This document shows positions 12,081 to 25,299 of a stretch of 64,000 nt of DNA, piece after piece (position 1 is the first letter of the stretch; each line of letters opens with the position of its first letter). The stretch is from Amoebophrya sp. A120 (taxonomy: Eukaryota; Protista; Dinoflagellata). A model generated the notes under the pieces. That model made no database searches, was not told the DNA's origin, and worked only from the letters and a program-made list of their open reading frames with translations. The DNA lies in NCBI GenBank assembly GCA_905178155.1, contig CAJINV010000024.1, positions 414,715 through 478,714 on the forward strand. Reading direction: 5' to 3'. The position numbers were made by a program, and so were the translations under genes.

Positions 12081-15000
12081 AATATGTCCTACGGCGACTT
12101 CATAGTTTGGAGGGCGGATTAAGGCGGCGTAAGTATGCGGAGCCTTCAAACGGCTTGCAGATCTGACTGACTGGTCAAATTGTACTGCCTGAGCATTCCA
12201 TATGCGACGAAAAGGAGGTGGAGATACAAAAGATATAAAGTACTCAAAGCTTTCGATGTGCGACCGAGCAGGATTTCGTCTCTTCGAGGTATAGGACTGC
12301 AGGGATTTTCTCTTCCTCCGAGCGGAATTGAATTTGCAAATTATTTCGGATGAGCTGAATCGGAAAAAAAAATTAATATATTTTCCAAACGCGCGGCATT
12401 TTCAAGTAATGTTGATGGCAAGGAAAAAGACAGAGTATGGTCGCGGGCCAGACAAGGAGACCTTCACTTCTTTGTTGTACTACATTGAGCGCACTATCGG
12501 TATGGACTCCATATCGATGGTCACCAAAGAGTGCGAGAGGCGAAACGCGGTTTATTTTCTGCGAGAGAAAATTTCTGCGAGAGAAAAAGACGGAAGAACT
12601 TCGAGAGAAAACATGCGTGCAAATGTCGACAACGACATTCTCCCGATGATAATGGGTCCTTCGCAGCTACAGACTGAAAAACAATAAAACGCAGGCACTT
12701 CTTCTTCTAGCGACTCTGTATTTGTGGATGCTCGACTTCTACACCGCTAAAATGAGGGGTTTTCGGGGATCATGCTAGAGCACCACATGACTCCGAAAAA
12801 AGAGCAGGCTTTCAAGACTTCGGTCCCCGCGTGAAGGCGTGAGCGGTTTTTGCTGCCACTCCTGCAAAGCCTCACGGTATGTTGTTTTTTTAAATTTTTG
12901 TCATGCAAAAGTGGTTATACTGTGATGAGCCAGTGAAGCCACGGTAGCAATAGATGCATCACAAACATGCTGTAGCAGAGAGCACTATTGGGGTGTTCGC
13001 ATGACAAATCAGTTCGAAAAAGCCCTACCTTTTTACCTCGATGCAGCGACGAAGGAAGTGGTCACCATCGGGGCACCGCTATGGGACGCAAATATGTCTG
13101 GGTGAGGAAACTTGTGATGCTGGACTGTGGATGATGGAAGGAAAACACTTTCGAATGCAGCCAAGCATGACAAGTTTGTAAAGCGCTTTTCCATACATAG
13201 TTCGCATGAAGAACTACGTTTTTGTATGTACAAAAAAGAGCACAACTTTCGCTGGTCATGCGTATACTATAGAGACATTTTGATTGCACAGGATCAGGAA
13301 TATTTAGAAGACCAGCATTACAAGTTCCACCTTGTTTCGCATGTTTCAAGACCCAGACACCAGATTTGCAGTGCATAACCCCAAACCAAGTATAAAATGG
13401 AGTACGATGCCTTCTACTACCGCAAGCCCCTGATGCTCGGCAACGCGACGCACTGGTATACAGAATTTGGTTTTGTGGCTCTTCTTTTTGCATGACAAAT
13501 GAAATCTTGGAGACGGTTTATGCATGACAAATTTTCATACTCTATCTTTTCTTGACATTTTGTAGATGCTAATGTAATTATGCAACTTGTGCTTCTGCTT
13601 GAGTTGAGAAAGGGAGTTGATTCAATTGACTTTCGGTACCGAGAAAAAAACAACAACAGGACCGTCGTGGACCAGAAGCCGGATCCTTTCTTATGAAAGT
13701 GGTGCACAAAAAAAGCTCCCTCTGTGCCTAATTTGCCATGCCAAATTCTACTTCTCACACAAGCCAAATCAAACGTTTTGTAGAGCCAGCCCCAGGTGCT
13801 GCTTGACAAGCTGCACATGAGCGACTTTTTATGCGGAATCGGACATAGTCGTCGTTTTGTCATGCATTCAAACAAAAGAGAGGGCGAGGGCGACGGTGAG
13901 GGAGGGGTATCAGTAACTTGTGCACGGTCATATTTATCGCGAGGAAAGTTCCCCCTCCCCATACTGCGCAGATATATTTTTGGAAATTTGTGATGCCGGT
14001 TTGTGGTCAGAAATCGTGTCTGTCTTGCAAGAAGGGAGGCCCAGACGCGGTCTGTGATGCTTTTGAGCCTACAGCATCGACTGTGGTCATGCTGAGCTCC
14101 TAGGCCAAAACCTCTGCACTCAGGCTTGATATGGGCCTGTAGTCCTCTACTGCACGACAAATCTGGTTTGTGTACGAAAATCCAGCATCAGAAACTTCGT
14201 CTTGATATGGTGGGAGAGAAGACATGCGTGCAAATGTCGACAACGACATCGTCGAGTACACTGCTTGCATCTACAGCACCACTCGGTTTGTTATTTCACT
14301 CATTTATCTTCTTCTTCTTCGTGCTTTTCATCTTCAGCTTGTTATTGTGAACAAGGAAATTTGTCGGAATTCGGAAAACGTCAGCGCTTGTCGCCGGTGC
14401 TGTTTATCATCTTGAAGTTCATATTTTTCGTAATCCGGTTGAGAATTTGAGAGCTTCTAGTAACGGTTCAAAAACAGCATTACAGATTCAGAAAAAGTTC
14501 AGAAGTGTCTTGCTGTCGCACCCTACCGCGACGCTCTTTGAGCGGTGCTTCTCATATCTATGTATTTCCCTGTTGTTGAAGAAGAGATTTTTATTTTTAT
14601 ATTTCCACAAAAGAAAACTAACCTTTGCCACGACCTGGGGCGGTCGGTGCTGTGCGTAAAAACGTAAAATGTGCGACGGTTTGCCGGTACAGCAATACAA
14701 ATTTTGTGCGTGTCATCTTCTTCATCGTCTTCACGTTCTTTGTCCTTCAGCGCGTTTTCTTTCTTTCAGCGAAACGAAAAACCATCGGTGGACAAAACTT
14801 GCATGTACAGCTTTTTTCACAGAGAGATCGCGAAGAGCAACATCATCGGATCGTGAAGAACAGCACTATAACTTCATTTTCAAAATGTCGGTCGCCAGAG
14901 AACGGAAGTAGAAATATAAGTAAGCGCAATTCTAAAAACAAATATCTTTGTGCCAGCACCAGAGCCATCTCGTCTTCATCATCATTATCATCTTCTTTCT

Positions 15001-15128
15001 TTTTCTCCTCGGGCGGGTTTGCCAATCGTTCGGTTCAAAATTCGGTGTAGTAACTGTGCTGTACTGAAGTTAGTGTTTGCAAAACCCCTTCTGTATCTCG
15101 TGAAGTTGATCTTTCAGTCGCAGAATAC

Positions 15129-15983
15129 CTAAGGCGGTGGTGAGATCGGCAGGTGGTCGAGGTTTCTCCGGAAGCAGGCCCGGATGTAACGCGCCCGATC
15201 CATCTGGTTGGCAGCCCACTGCTGTCCGTTGTTGTCGTTCTGCACTGCTGCGTTTTTCCGGTCGTCATGGATGCGGCCGAGGATGGTGGTCAGACGCGCC
15301 AAAGATAGATTTTGGAGCTTCTCGGCGATGCTGTTGTTCCCCGCCGCGGCGAACTGTGTGTCGTTCCGCGCCTGTGGAGACAGAATCGAAAAAATCCATC
15401 CCTTCTGGTAGTCGTCGTCCACGTTCCCAGCGCCCCAGTGCACGTCAACGGTGTCAACCCGCTGCACGATAGGTGCGCCGTTGATACCCGCTGGGGGGGC
15501 AGGTTGTAAGTTTTGGTTCGCGGCGGGAGCGGGGGGTCCACCTGCACCACCGGCTCCTCCTCCACCAGCAACTCCTGCACCGCCAGCACCTCCTCCACCA
15601 GCAGCTCCTGCACCACCCGCAATTCCTCCTCCGCCTCCGCCTCCGGCCGGCGGAATAGGTCCGAATCCTCCTGGCGGCGCGCCCGCACCTCCTCCGAATC
15701 CTCCTCCTAGTCCCGGCGGGGGGCCGGCCATGCCAACCGGATAAACCTGTTGCTGTTGCGGGTACACCTGTTGGTGCGGTTGGTTTGGGTACATCTGCTG
15801 CTGCTGATGCATCTGCTGCTGCTGATGCATCTGTTGCTGTTGGTACATCTGCTGCGGCTGGTAGTACTGGTGCGGGAATTGGTTTTGCTGTTGGATCATG
15901 CATAGCAATTTTTTGTGCAGCTTCTCGTGAGCCGCCACAACCATGCTTTCCTCCATGCAGACGAAGGCATATTTGCAATCCAT
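15129..15983 (-). CDS. Gln/Pro/Gly-rich ORF (copy 2)
   Basis: translation identical to 10558-11412. Confidence 0.5.
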   Translation of the reverse strand: MDCKYAFVCMEESMVVAAHEKLHKKLLCMIQQQNQFPHQYYQPQQMYQQQQMHQQQQMHQQQQMYPNQPHQQVYPQQQQVYPVGMAGPPPGLGGGFGGGAGAPPGGFGPIPPAGGGGGGGIAGGAGAAGGGGAGGAGVAGGGGAGGAGGPPAPAANQNLQPAPPAGINGAPIVQRVDTVDVHWGAGNVDDDYQKGWIFSILSPQARNDTQFAAAGNNSIAEKLQNLSLARLTTILGRIHDDRKNAAVQNDNNGQQWAANQMDRARYIRACFRRNLDHLPISPPP

Positions 15984-15984
15984 A

Positions 15985-16651
15985 AAAGCTCCCGTCCTAT
16001 GATTTTTGCTTCGCTACGGAAGCGGAGGCCAACGCCTTCGCCAGCGATCTGCAGGTTTTCTGCCGCATCGGGATGGACTGCACCAGCGTGAGAAATACGC
16101 AGGCCCAGCAGCTCTTCAGCGTGTTTGATTCGCAGCTAGGAAAAGAGCTCTGCAGCCCCATGATGGAGCACGTGTTCCCCTTCGGCCGCTACACCAGCGC
16201 GGTGGACGGAGAAAACTACGCCTACAAACCGTTTGACCGCATTATCCGCATGTGGCTCACTGATGACGACTATGAGGGCATCAATTTGAAGAAAAGGAAA
16301 CTGGAGAACGGTGGGAGTGAATTTCCAGAGACGAATATCGGCGATACGGCAACCTGGCTCGACGTTGCGCGGACCGTGCTGTCGCGGCGGCTCGAAATCG
16401 AGAATAACGAGGACCTCCTCGCCCCTATTGAGATCCAGTGCTTTTTCGGCAACAAGACAATCGAAGAGCTCAGACGCGAAAAGAAGAAAGAGCAAGAGGA
16501 AGCTATGGCCTGCTCAGGCACTGCAGCAATCTCACCTACCAACATGAAATATAAAAGAGTGCATGTGCAGGCAGTGGCTCGCGAGCACGAGTTTAGTATA
16601 AATGTTATCTTGCTTCCACTGCCCAGTGTCTTGCGTTTGCAAATGTTATAG
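15985..16651 (+). pseudogene. duplicated last exon (copy 2)
   Basis: translation identical to 11502-12080. Confidence 0.7.
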
Positions 16652-19600
16652 AATATGTCCTACGGCGACTTCATAGTTTGGAGGGCGGATTAAGGCGGCG
16701 TAAGTATGCGGAGCCTTCAAACGGCTTGCAGATCTGACTGACTGGTCAAATTGTACTGCCTGAGCATTCCATATGCGACGAAAAGGAGGTGGAGATACAA
16801 AAGATATAAAGTACTCAAAGCTTTCGATGTGCGACCGAGCAGGATTTCGTCTCTTCGAGGTATAGGACTGCAGGGATTTTCTCTTCCTCCGAGCGGAATT
16901 GAATTTGCAAATTATTTCGGATGAGCTGAATCGGAAAAAAAAATTAATATATTTTCCAAACGCGCGGCATTTTCAAGTAATGTTGATGGCAAGGAAAAAG
17001 ACAGAGTATGGTCGCGGGCCAGACAAGGAGACCTTCACTTCTTTGTTGTACTACATTGAGCGCACTATCGGTATGGACTCCATATCGATGGTCACCAAAG
17101 AGTGCGAGAGGCGAAACGCGGTTTATTTTCTGCGAGAGAAAATTTCTGCGAGAGAAAAAGACGGAAGAACTTCGAGAGAAAACATGCGTGCAAATGTCGA
17201 CAACGACATTCTCCCGATGATAATGGGTCCTTCGCAGCTACAGACTGAAAAACAATAAAACGCAGGCACTTCTTCTTCTAGCGACTCTGTATTTGTGGAT
17301 GCTCGACTTCTACACCGCTAAAATGAGGGGTTTTCGGGGATCATGCTAGAGCACCACATGACTCCGAAAAAAGAGCAGGCTTTCAAGACTTCGGTCCCCG
17401 CGTGAAGGCGTGAGCGGTTTTTGCTGCCACTCCTGCAAAGCCTCACGGTATGTTGTTTTTTTAAATTTTTCTTTCTACGATAGTTCACAATTCCCCCTCT
17501 CCCCCATTTATCATGCGACTTCCCCCTCATTTGTCATGCTAAATCCACACTCCAGCTGCTGCCTTGAGGTTCTGTCAGCATGGCAAATTTCGGAGGCACG
17601 TCGAGCAGTACTATACTAAATCGGGCACGCTGATTTGTCATGCGCAGGCTCCTTCTGTGCTGGTGCTCGTATTGCTATGCATGCCATACGAATGAAGGAC
17701 GAGGGGGGGGGGGTTGTGCACTCTCCTACTTATGCACTCCTACAAGTAGTTGGAGATGAAGGAAGATACTACTAGCACGTAGATTTATGCATTGCAAATT
17801 TGTTAGGGTCTGGAAGACTGACAAATTGAAATTGTGATGCGGATTCTGGAATAGACAAAAATTTGTGTTGCATACTCAGCAAAAGATGTCACATTTCCTT
17901 CTTGAAAGTGCCTTTTACACGCTGGCTGCGCATGGAGAAGTTCGCCCAGAATTGGACAGGCTCGGCATGAAGATGCATTCCGCTTCCATCTTGCAAATGG
18001 AAAAAGAACCGCATGACAAGTTAGTACGATCCGCCTCCTTCCAGACCTCGACATGCTGTGTGCAACGGATTATAACGCCACACTCAGTTGTCTGCCCTCT
18101 CCTTCACGGCACCGAACGTAGAAGATCAAAGACAATTTCGATGTACAACTTTATCTTTTTCTCCACCTACAGGTACCATCGATGCTGTTCCAGCCTTTCT
18201 TCCGCGACGTGTACGGTTCCCATGCCAGTCGTTCTCGACGGAACGAAACACCTGGAAGCGCGATGGATTTCCAGGGAGGCGTTGTAGGCTATGGCGTTCT
18301 CAAATGTTACACTCTCAACTGTTTACATGAATTTGTGATGCAAGAATGTGAAAAGCAAAAGAAGGGAGCTTGCCCCTCTCCTCGCATTACAAATTTGGCG
18401 CAGCTTTTAATGCTGTTTAGCTCCTCGAAAATTTGTCATGCGAAGTAGGTTCGTCGTGTGGATGCTGGTGCGCATTATGCATGACTGTGGTAGTTGAGAA
18501 TGTAACGTTTGAGAGCTCCATATAGTCTAGCGTGATGCAACGATGATTCTATCCCTGAAAGCGCCTCGGTCTATACGGAATCCAACAATGATACAAGGCA
18601 ATTATCGATTTACTTTACAAGATACAATTATGATGAGATTGTTTATTATACAAGATACTTGACAAAAAGCGACAACAAGGAAACATTACAGCTGTATGAA
18701 ATTGACACAGCAACAGAATTCCTTTACTCCTTCAGCCCCGATAGTAAACTCATTTAGTCGAAAGCTATGTCAATTCGAAATCTCCTGGGAGTACCGATAT
18801 AGCGGACGATTTTTTGAACATTGACGACATCACTTTTGCCCGCAATGAGAAACACGAAAGACAGCAAAAAGTGTAGAAGGAGAACAGTTTTTTAAGCCGA
18901 AAAAAATTTCATCCAGGAAGAGACTCAGACTTCCGGAGGGGGCAACCGCTTATCCTGAAGCTTCTGTGCATGCTGCGTGCTTGAGCATTTTTCGTCTCGC
19001 GGCTCAGAAGTACTATGCTCAGAGGGGCACGGGCACGACGAAAAGGCAGCAATTGTGTTCGTAGCATACAAATTATTTGAGACAGCATTTCCAACATCGT
19101 CACAACCTGGAGGTCGGACTCATCGTCACAAATCGCAGCCAGTTGCAAATGGTTATACGTATTTCATAGTGAAGATGTTGCTTTCACAAAAAATCTTCGC
19201 AACAAATTTTGCTTTATTTTTCGGCTCAGTTCAAGTGCTTTTCGTTTTCCACACGACTAATTCATCTGTACATATAGACTCGTATAATTGTACTCCGCGT
19301 TCATAGTACGCTAAACAACTTGTTCGTCTCGAAGATCGACCAGTGTTGAGTGACAAAGAAATCTATTTCGACGAGAGGGTGATCGACGTGAAACGCTTTG
19401 TCTTCGTCACGCATCGAATGTCGTTGATCGTACTCGTAAGTAGCTGCTGGTTGTGAGTTTCGAATATTAGAAACGTCGCGCCTGCTTGATTTCTCATTGA
19501 GTGAAACAGGAGAGGTGGAAGACGCTGTGTGGCTCTTAATCGAAGGAAGTATAAGAATTCGAACATCGAAAAAAGCCGGTTTTTTACAACAACGCGACCT

Positions 19601-21163
19601 ACTTCGAACTTTCGAGATCAGAGCAAAAAGATAGTCTGACCCAGTTCGTCGTCAGTGCGTGTAAAAAGCGAAAAACGCCTCTCTGTCCTGACGCCACTTG
19701 TTTCGCACCTGGAGAAGCAACAGGACCAAACAGCCAAGGAGTCGCAGGATTATGCAAGACAAATTTTACCTGAGTCCAAACTTTTGTAATATCATGTTAG
19801 CTTCATAAAGATAAAACGCATGACAAACAAAGCATCAAAAGGTAATTTTCTATACCATCTTGCAGGCAAGAGTGCGTGACGAGTTTGGGACGCTCAAAAT
19901 TTGTCATGCATATCGCCCATCCGACACCATGCCGATTTCCTCCAAGACCTCGTCTATGCACTGCAAAAGCATCGTACTCGTAGTATTGCAATACAAAGTA
20001 GCTCAACATGACAAATGGAATTTGTCATGCTGATTTAGCTTGAAAAAGAAATTTGTAATGCATAACTGCAATTAGTACGAGTGCGATACTTTTGCAGTTC
20101 ATATCGTCTGAGTGCAAATGATATGACAGTGCACAACTCCCCCCCCCTCATTTGTATAGCATGATCAGCAACAGAATACAAGCGCCATCGGGCCTGGAGC
20201 CTGTGCATGACAAATTTATGTACCGACTGTAGTACTGTTTGGGCTTTCGAGCAACGACATGCGTGCAAATGTCGACAACGACATCGTCGAGTACACTGCT
20301 TGCATCTACAGCATCACTCGGTTTGTTATTTCACTCATTTATCTTCTTCTTCTTCGTGCTTTTCATCTTCAGCTTGTTATTGTGAACAAGGAAATTTGTC
20401 GGAATTCGGAAAACGTCAGCGCTTGTCGCCGGTGCTGTTTATCATCTTGAAGTTCATATTTTTCGTAATCCGGTTGAGAATTTGAGAGCTTCTAGTAACG
20501 GTTCAAAAACAGCATTACAGATTCAGAAAAAGTTCAGAAGTGTCTTGCTGTCGCACCCTACCGCGACGCTCTTTGAGCGGTGCTTCTCATATCTATGTAT
20601 TTCCCTGTTGTTGAAGAAGAGATTTTTATTTTTATATTTCCACAAAAGAAAACTAACCTTTGCCACGACCTGGGGCGGTCGGTGCTGTGCGTAAAAACGT
20701 AAAATGTGCGACGGTTTGCCGGTACAGCAATACAAATTTTGTGCGTGTCATCTTCTTCATCGTCTTCACGTTCTTTGTCCTTCAGCGCGTTTTCTTTCTT
20801 TCAGCGAAACGAAAAACCATCGGTGGACAAAACTTGCATGTACAGCTTTTTTCACAGAGAGATCGCGAAGAGCAACATCATCGGATCGTGAAGAACAGCA
20901 CTATAACTTCATTTTCAAAATGTCGGTCGCCAGAGAACGGAAGTAGAAATATAAGTAAGCGCAATTCTAAAAACAAATATCTTTGTGCCAGCACCAGAGC
21001 CATCTCGTCTTCATCATCATTATCATCTTCTTTCTTTTTCTCCTCGGGCGGGTTTGCCAATCGTTCGGTTCAAAATTCGGTGTAGTAACTGTGCTGTACT
21101 GAAGTTAGTGTTTGCAAAACCCCTTCTGTATCTCGTGAAGTTGATCTTTCAGTCGCAGAATAC

Positions 21164-22018
21164 CTAAGGCGGTGGTGAGATCGGCAGGTGGTCGAGGTTT
21201 CTCCGGAAGCAGGCCCGGATGTAACGCGCCCGATCCATCTGGTTGGCAGCCCACTGCTGTCCGTTGTTGTCGTTCTGCACTGCTGCGTTTTTCCGGTCGT
21301 CATGGATGCGGCCGAGGATGGTGGTCAGACGCGCCAAAGATAGATTTTGGAGCTTCTCGGCGATGCTGTTGTTCCCCGCCGCGGCGAACTGTGTGTCGTT
21401 CCGCGCCTGTGGAGACAGAATCGAAAAAATCCATCCCTTCTGGTAGTCGTCGTCCACGTTCCCAGCGCCCCAGTGCACGTCAACGGTGTCAACCCGCTGC
21501 ACGATAGGTGCGCCGTTGATACCCGCTGGGGGGGCAGGTTGTAAGTTTTGGTTCGCGGCGGGAGCGGGGGGTCCACCTGCACCACCGGCTCCTCCTCCAC
21601 CAGCAACTCCTGCACCGCCAGCACCTCCTCCACCAGCAGCTCCTGCACCACCCGCAATTCCTCCTCCGCCTCCGCCTCCGGCCGGCGGAATAGGTCCGAA
21701 TCCTCCTGGCGGCGCGCCCGCACCTCCTCCGAATCCTCCTCCTAGTCCCGGCGGGGGGCCGGCCATGCCAACCGGATAAACCTGTTGCTGTTGCGGGTAC
21801 ACCTGTTGGTGCGGTTGGTTTGGGTACATCTGCTGCTGCTGATGCATCTGCTGCTGCTGATGCATCTGTTGCTGTTGGTACATCTGCTGCGGCTGGTAGT
21901 ACTGGTGCGGGAATTGGTTTTGCTGTTGGATCATGCATAGCAATTTTTTGTGCAGCTTCTCGTGAGCCGCCACAACCATGCTTTCCTCCATGCAGACGAA
22001 GGCATATTTGCAATCCAT
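21164..22018 (-). CDS. Gln/Pro/Gly-rich ORF (copy 3)
   Basis: translation identical to 10558-11412. Confidence 0.5.
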   Translation of the reverse strand: MDCKYAFVCMEESMVVAAHEKLHKKLLCMIQQQNQFPHQYYQPQQMYQQQQMHQQQQMHQQQQMYPNQPHQQVYPQQQQVYPVGMAGPPPGLGGGFGGGAGAPPGGFGPIPPAGGGGGGGIAGGAGAAGGGGAGGAGVAGGGGAGGAGGPPAPAANQNLQPAPPAGINGAPIVQRVDTVDVHWGAGNVDDDYQKGWIFSILSPQARNDTQFAAAGNNSIAEKLQNLSLARLTTILGRIHDDRKNAAVQNDNNGQQWAANQMDRARYIRACFRRNLDHLPISPPP

Positions 22019-22019
22019 A

Positions 22020-22683
22020 AAAGCTCCCGTCCTATGATTTTTGCTTCGCTACGGAAGCGGAGGCCAACGCCTTCGCCAGCGATCTGCAGGTTTTCTGCCG
22101 CATCGGGATGGACTGCACCAGCGTGAGAAATACGCAGGCCCAGCAGCTCTTCAGCGTGTTTGATTCGCAGCTAGGAAAAGAGCTCTGCAGCCCCATGATG
22201 GAGCACGTGTTCCCCTTCGGCCGCTACACCAGCGCGGTGGACGGAGAAAACTACGCCTACAAACCGTTTGACCGCATTATCCGCATGTGGCTCACTGATG
22301 ACGACTATGAGGGCATCAATTTGAAGAAAAGGAAACTGGAGAACGGTGGGAGTGAATTTCCAGAGACAAATATCGGCAATACAACCTGGTTCGACGTTGC
22401 GCGGACCGTGCTGTCGCGGCGGCTCGAAATCGAGAATAACGCGGACCTCCTCGCCCCTATTGAGATCCAGTGCTTTTTCGGCAACAAGACAATCGAAGAG
22501 CTCAGACGCGAAAAGAAGAAAGAGCAAGAGGAAGCTATGGCCTGCTCAGGCACTGCAGCAATCTCACCTACCAACATGAAATATAAAAGAGTGCATGTGC
22601 AGGCAGTGGCTCGCGAGCACGAGTTTAGTATAAATGTTATCTTGCTTCCACTGCCCAGTGTCTTGCGTTTGCAAATGTTATAG
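22020..22683 (+). pseudogene. duplicated last exon (copy 3, mosaic)
   Basis: mix of variants from the 5473 and 11502 copies. Confidence 0.7.
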
Positions 22684-23294
22684 AATATGTCCTACGGCGA
22701 CTTCATAGTTTGGAGGGCGGATTAAGGCGGCGTAAGTATGCGGAGCCTTCAAACGGCTTGCAGATCTGACTGACTGGTCAAATTGTACTGCCTGAGCATT
22801 CCATATGCGACGAAAAGGAGGTGGAGATACAAAAGATATAAAGTACTCAAAGCTTTCGATGTGCGACCGAGCAGGATTTCGTCTCTTCGAGGTATAGGAC
22901 TGCAGGGATTTTCTCTTCCTCCGAGCGGAATTGAATTTGCAAATTATTTCGGATGAGCTGAATCGGAAAAAAAAATTAATATATTTTCCAAACGCGCGGC
23001 ATTTTCAAGTAATGTTGATGGCAAGGAAAAAGACAGAGTATGGTCGCGGGCCAGACAAGGAGACCTTCACTTCTTTGTTGTACATTGAGCGCACTATCGG
23101 TATGGACTCCATATCGATGGTCACCAAATAGTGCGAGAGGCGAAACGCGGTTTATTTTCTGCGAGAGAAAATTTCTGCGAGAGAAAAAGACGGAAGAACT
23201 TCGAGAGAAGACATGCGTGCAAATGTCGACAACGACATCCTCGAGTACAACTCTTGGCTTTTGGTGGTGGCCTGCGTAGTATAGGGGAACTCTC

Positions 23295-25299
23295 CGTTGC
23301 AAAACAACACTTCTGGCATGCAAGTTTTCGAGGACCTCGGCCTCGCAACCCAATTCCGCAACGCGATGCAGGAGTCTGGGTTCACCAGTTACACTGCGAA
23401 ACATCCTCTCTTGGTCAATAACCAGATGCAACTTCCGTTTACCTGGGACAACATGGTGGGTTCACTGCGCGATGTGGTCGCCGTGAGATGGGGTGATGTG
23501 AAAGGCATCTGGTGACCAAAAATCCTGCTAGCGAGACACGACGGTACGATATTGATCATAAGGACGTTTTCTGTTTCAGCTGCTGATTCCTCTTGCGGCG
23601 CATGGTGCTGTTTTTGAAACAGCCGGCCGTGCCGCTGCGGCTAATGATCTAGAGCTTCTGTATCTGTTGGCCAACAGGAGTTTACTAGTGCTTCGATGGA
23701 TAGTTCCAGTTCGAGTTTGGTCACTGGATAGGTCGATTTTGATGTTGCTTGCCTTGAATTTGATGTTCTGCACATCGCTATCTCGGTTGACTCAAAAAGT
23801 CTCGGTTTTATTTTCTCCGTGTGCTTAGGCTTAAATGAAGTGAGAGAGTTCGTCTTCAAATCGCTTTCGTCACGAACCGGTCGCACTCGTCTTTGCAAAT
23901 CGCACCCAATTTCAAATTGTTATACAGCTTATCTGAAATCGACACGAATTGCAAATGGTAATAGAGCTGCATTAAGTATTCCTCATGTTTTTCTCATTGT
24001 GTGATGCTGATGTGAGAGTCGAGCTTCACTTGTTTCGTCAAAATTCGTATATATTCCCTTTCCACGAATGGTCAAAATGGCCTTCATATATCAAATCGCT
24101 TCTGTCGTGTTTTTTTCTATGCCGAATGATAAAGTTGACCAATCAAAAAAGGACTTTTGCAGGTTTTTTTGTGCGAATTAGTTTGACACTGTGTCGAACC
24201 TGAACCAGCCTACCAGGTCACCACCCTCTTGTTAGACGCGGGTAGTTTGTTAGGTTGAGTTAATCTCTCCTCCTCAAAGAATACGGTAGAAAGAAGAAAG
24301 CGCGTTGCTGTGAAAATATTTTTTTAAGGATCGCATCATCTTCTAAAGTAAGCCGAAGCTTGGAGTTCCCTCCCAAAGCTGACCTCGCAACTTTCTCTAC
24401 CTTTTTATCTTGTAATCTGAAAGCGAACCGCAACCGATTATGTCGCTGTTTTCGGACTGCCTTTATTCACTGCAAAAATGTCTGGGTCGGGAAGAGTCGG
24501 GACTTGTAATGCTGTCTGCGGATTCTAAAAATATCTGTGTTGGATGAACAGCAAGAAGAGTCCAGTTCTTGGCACGCGGAGGTGCGTTTCTCATGCGTGA
24601 TCAGCATCGTGAACTCTCAAAAAAACTGTGATGCTAGGAGCTGCATCACTGACCTCATGGGTTATGCAAAATGTGCATGACAAACTCCGACTCTTCCAGC
24701 AGACCCAGACATATTTGTATTTGATAGCCTTAAGGCGCTGCACCGCGGGAATGAGGAGGACCTGCTGGTCGAGGAGATTGTGGAACAGGAAAACACCGGC
24801 AAAAAGAAGTATGGGAGTGTCAGAGCCGAAAGCGACAAAATCGAAACACTTGCGACGCACAAAATCGACGCCAGTGAAGCCCAGAGCTTCTCTTGCAGTC
24901 GGCGCATGACAAATTTTCCCCGGCCTGGAAGCGAATCTGTCATGCAGTTTAGGGCAATAGAGCTGCTCTCTGTCATGCTAGCCAGCAGCCCAACACTTAA
25001 CCCTCACCAGGACTACAATCCGCCTTCCTTGCATCCCCTGCACCAGAGTCGCTTTTTGCGTGGCATTTTGTGCATTACATTTCATTTTGATTTTGTCGAT
25101 TTCGATCCTGACATTTCCATAAGAAGGGAACGGAATACCCGAATGCGGGGTCCAGCAAGGATACCTGCGTCCCGTTTTCCCTTATCCATTGCAAATATGT
25201 ATGGGTCTGGAGCAACACAAGACTTGCAAAATAAATGCTGGCGCTGGACCCACATACGACCCCCAAACCTTGTACATGCGCGTTGCGGAATATTTTCAA
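23295..25299 (+). pseudogene. duplicated segment D: 3' end of a Ubl-family gene, intergenic DNA, and first exons/introners of the 57513 gene
   Basis: 23295-24200 matches 48846-49750; 24420-25299 matches 57490-58378, including introners 24464-24726 and 24810-25121 and a truncated one from 25183. Confidence 0.8.

Larger units (their letters stand above)
5293..23240. repeat. tandem segmental duplication mosaic of modules A, B and C (periods ~6036 and 4571 bp)
   Basis: Identical ORF sets recur at 10558/15129/21164 and at 6292/12328/16899/22931. Module B occurs at ~6.6-9.65 and ~17.2-20.25 kb; module C is unique at ~12.9-14.2 kb. Confidence 0.95.
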
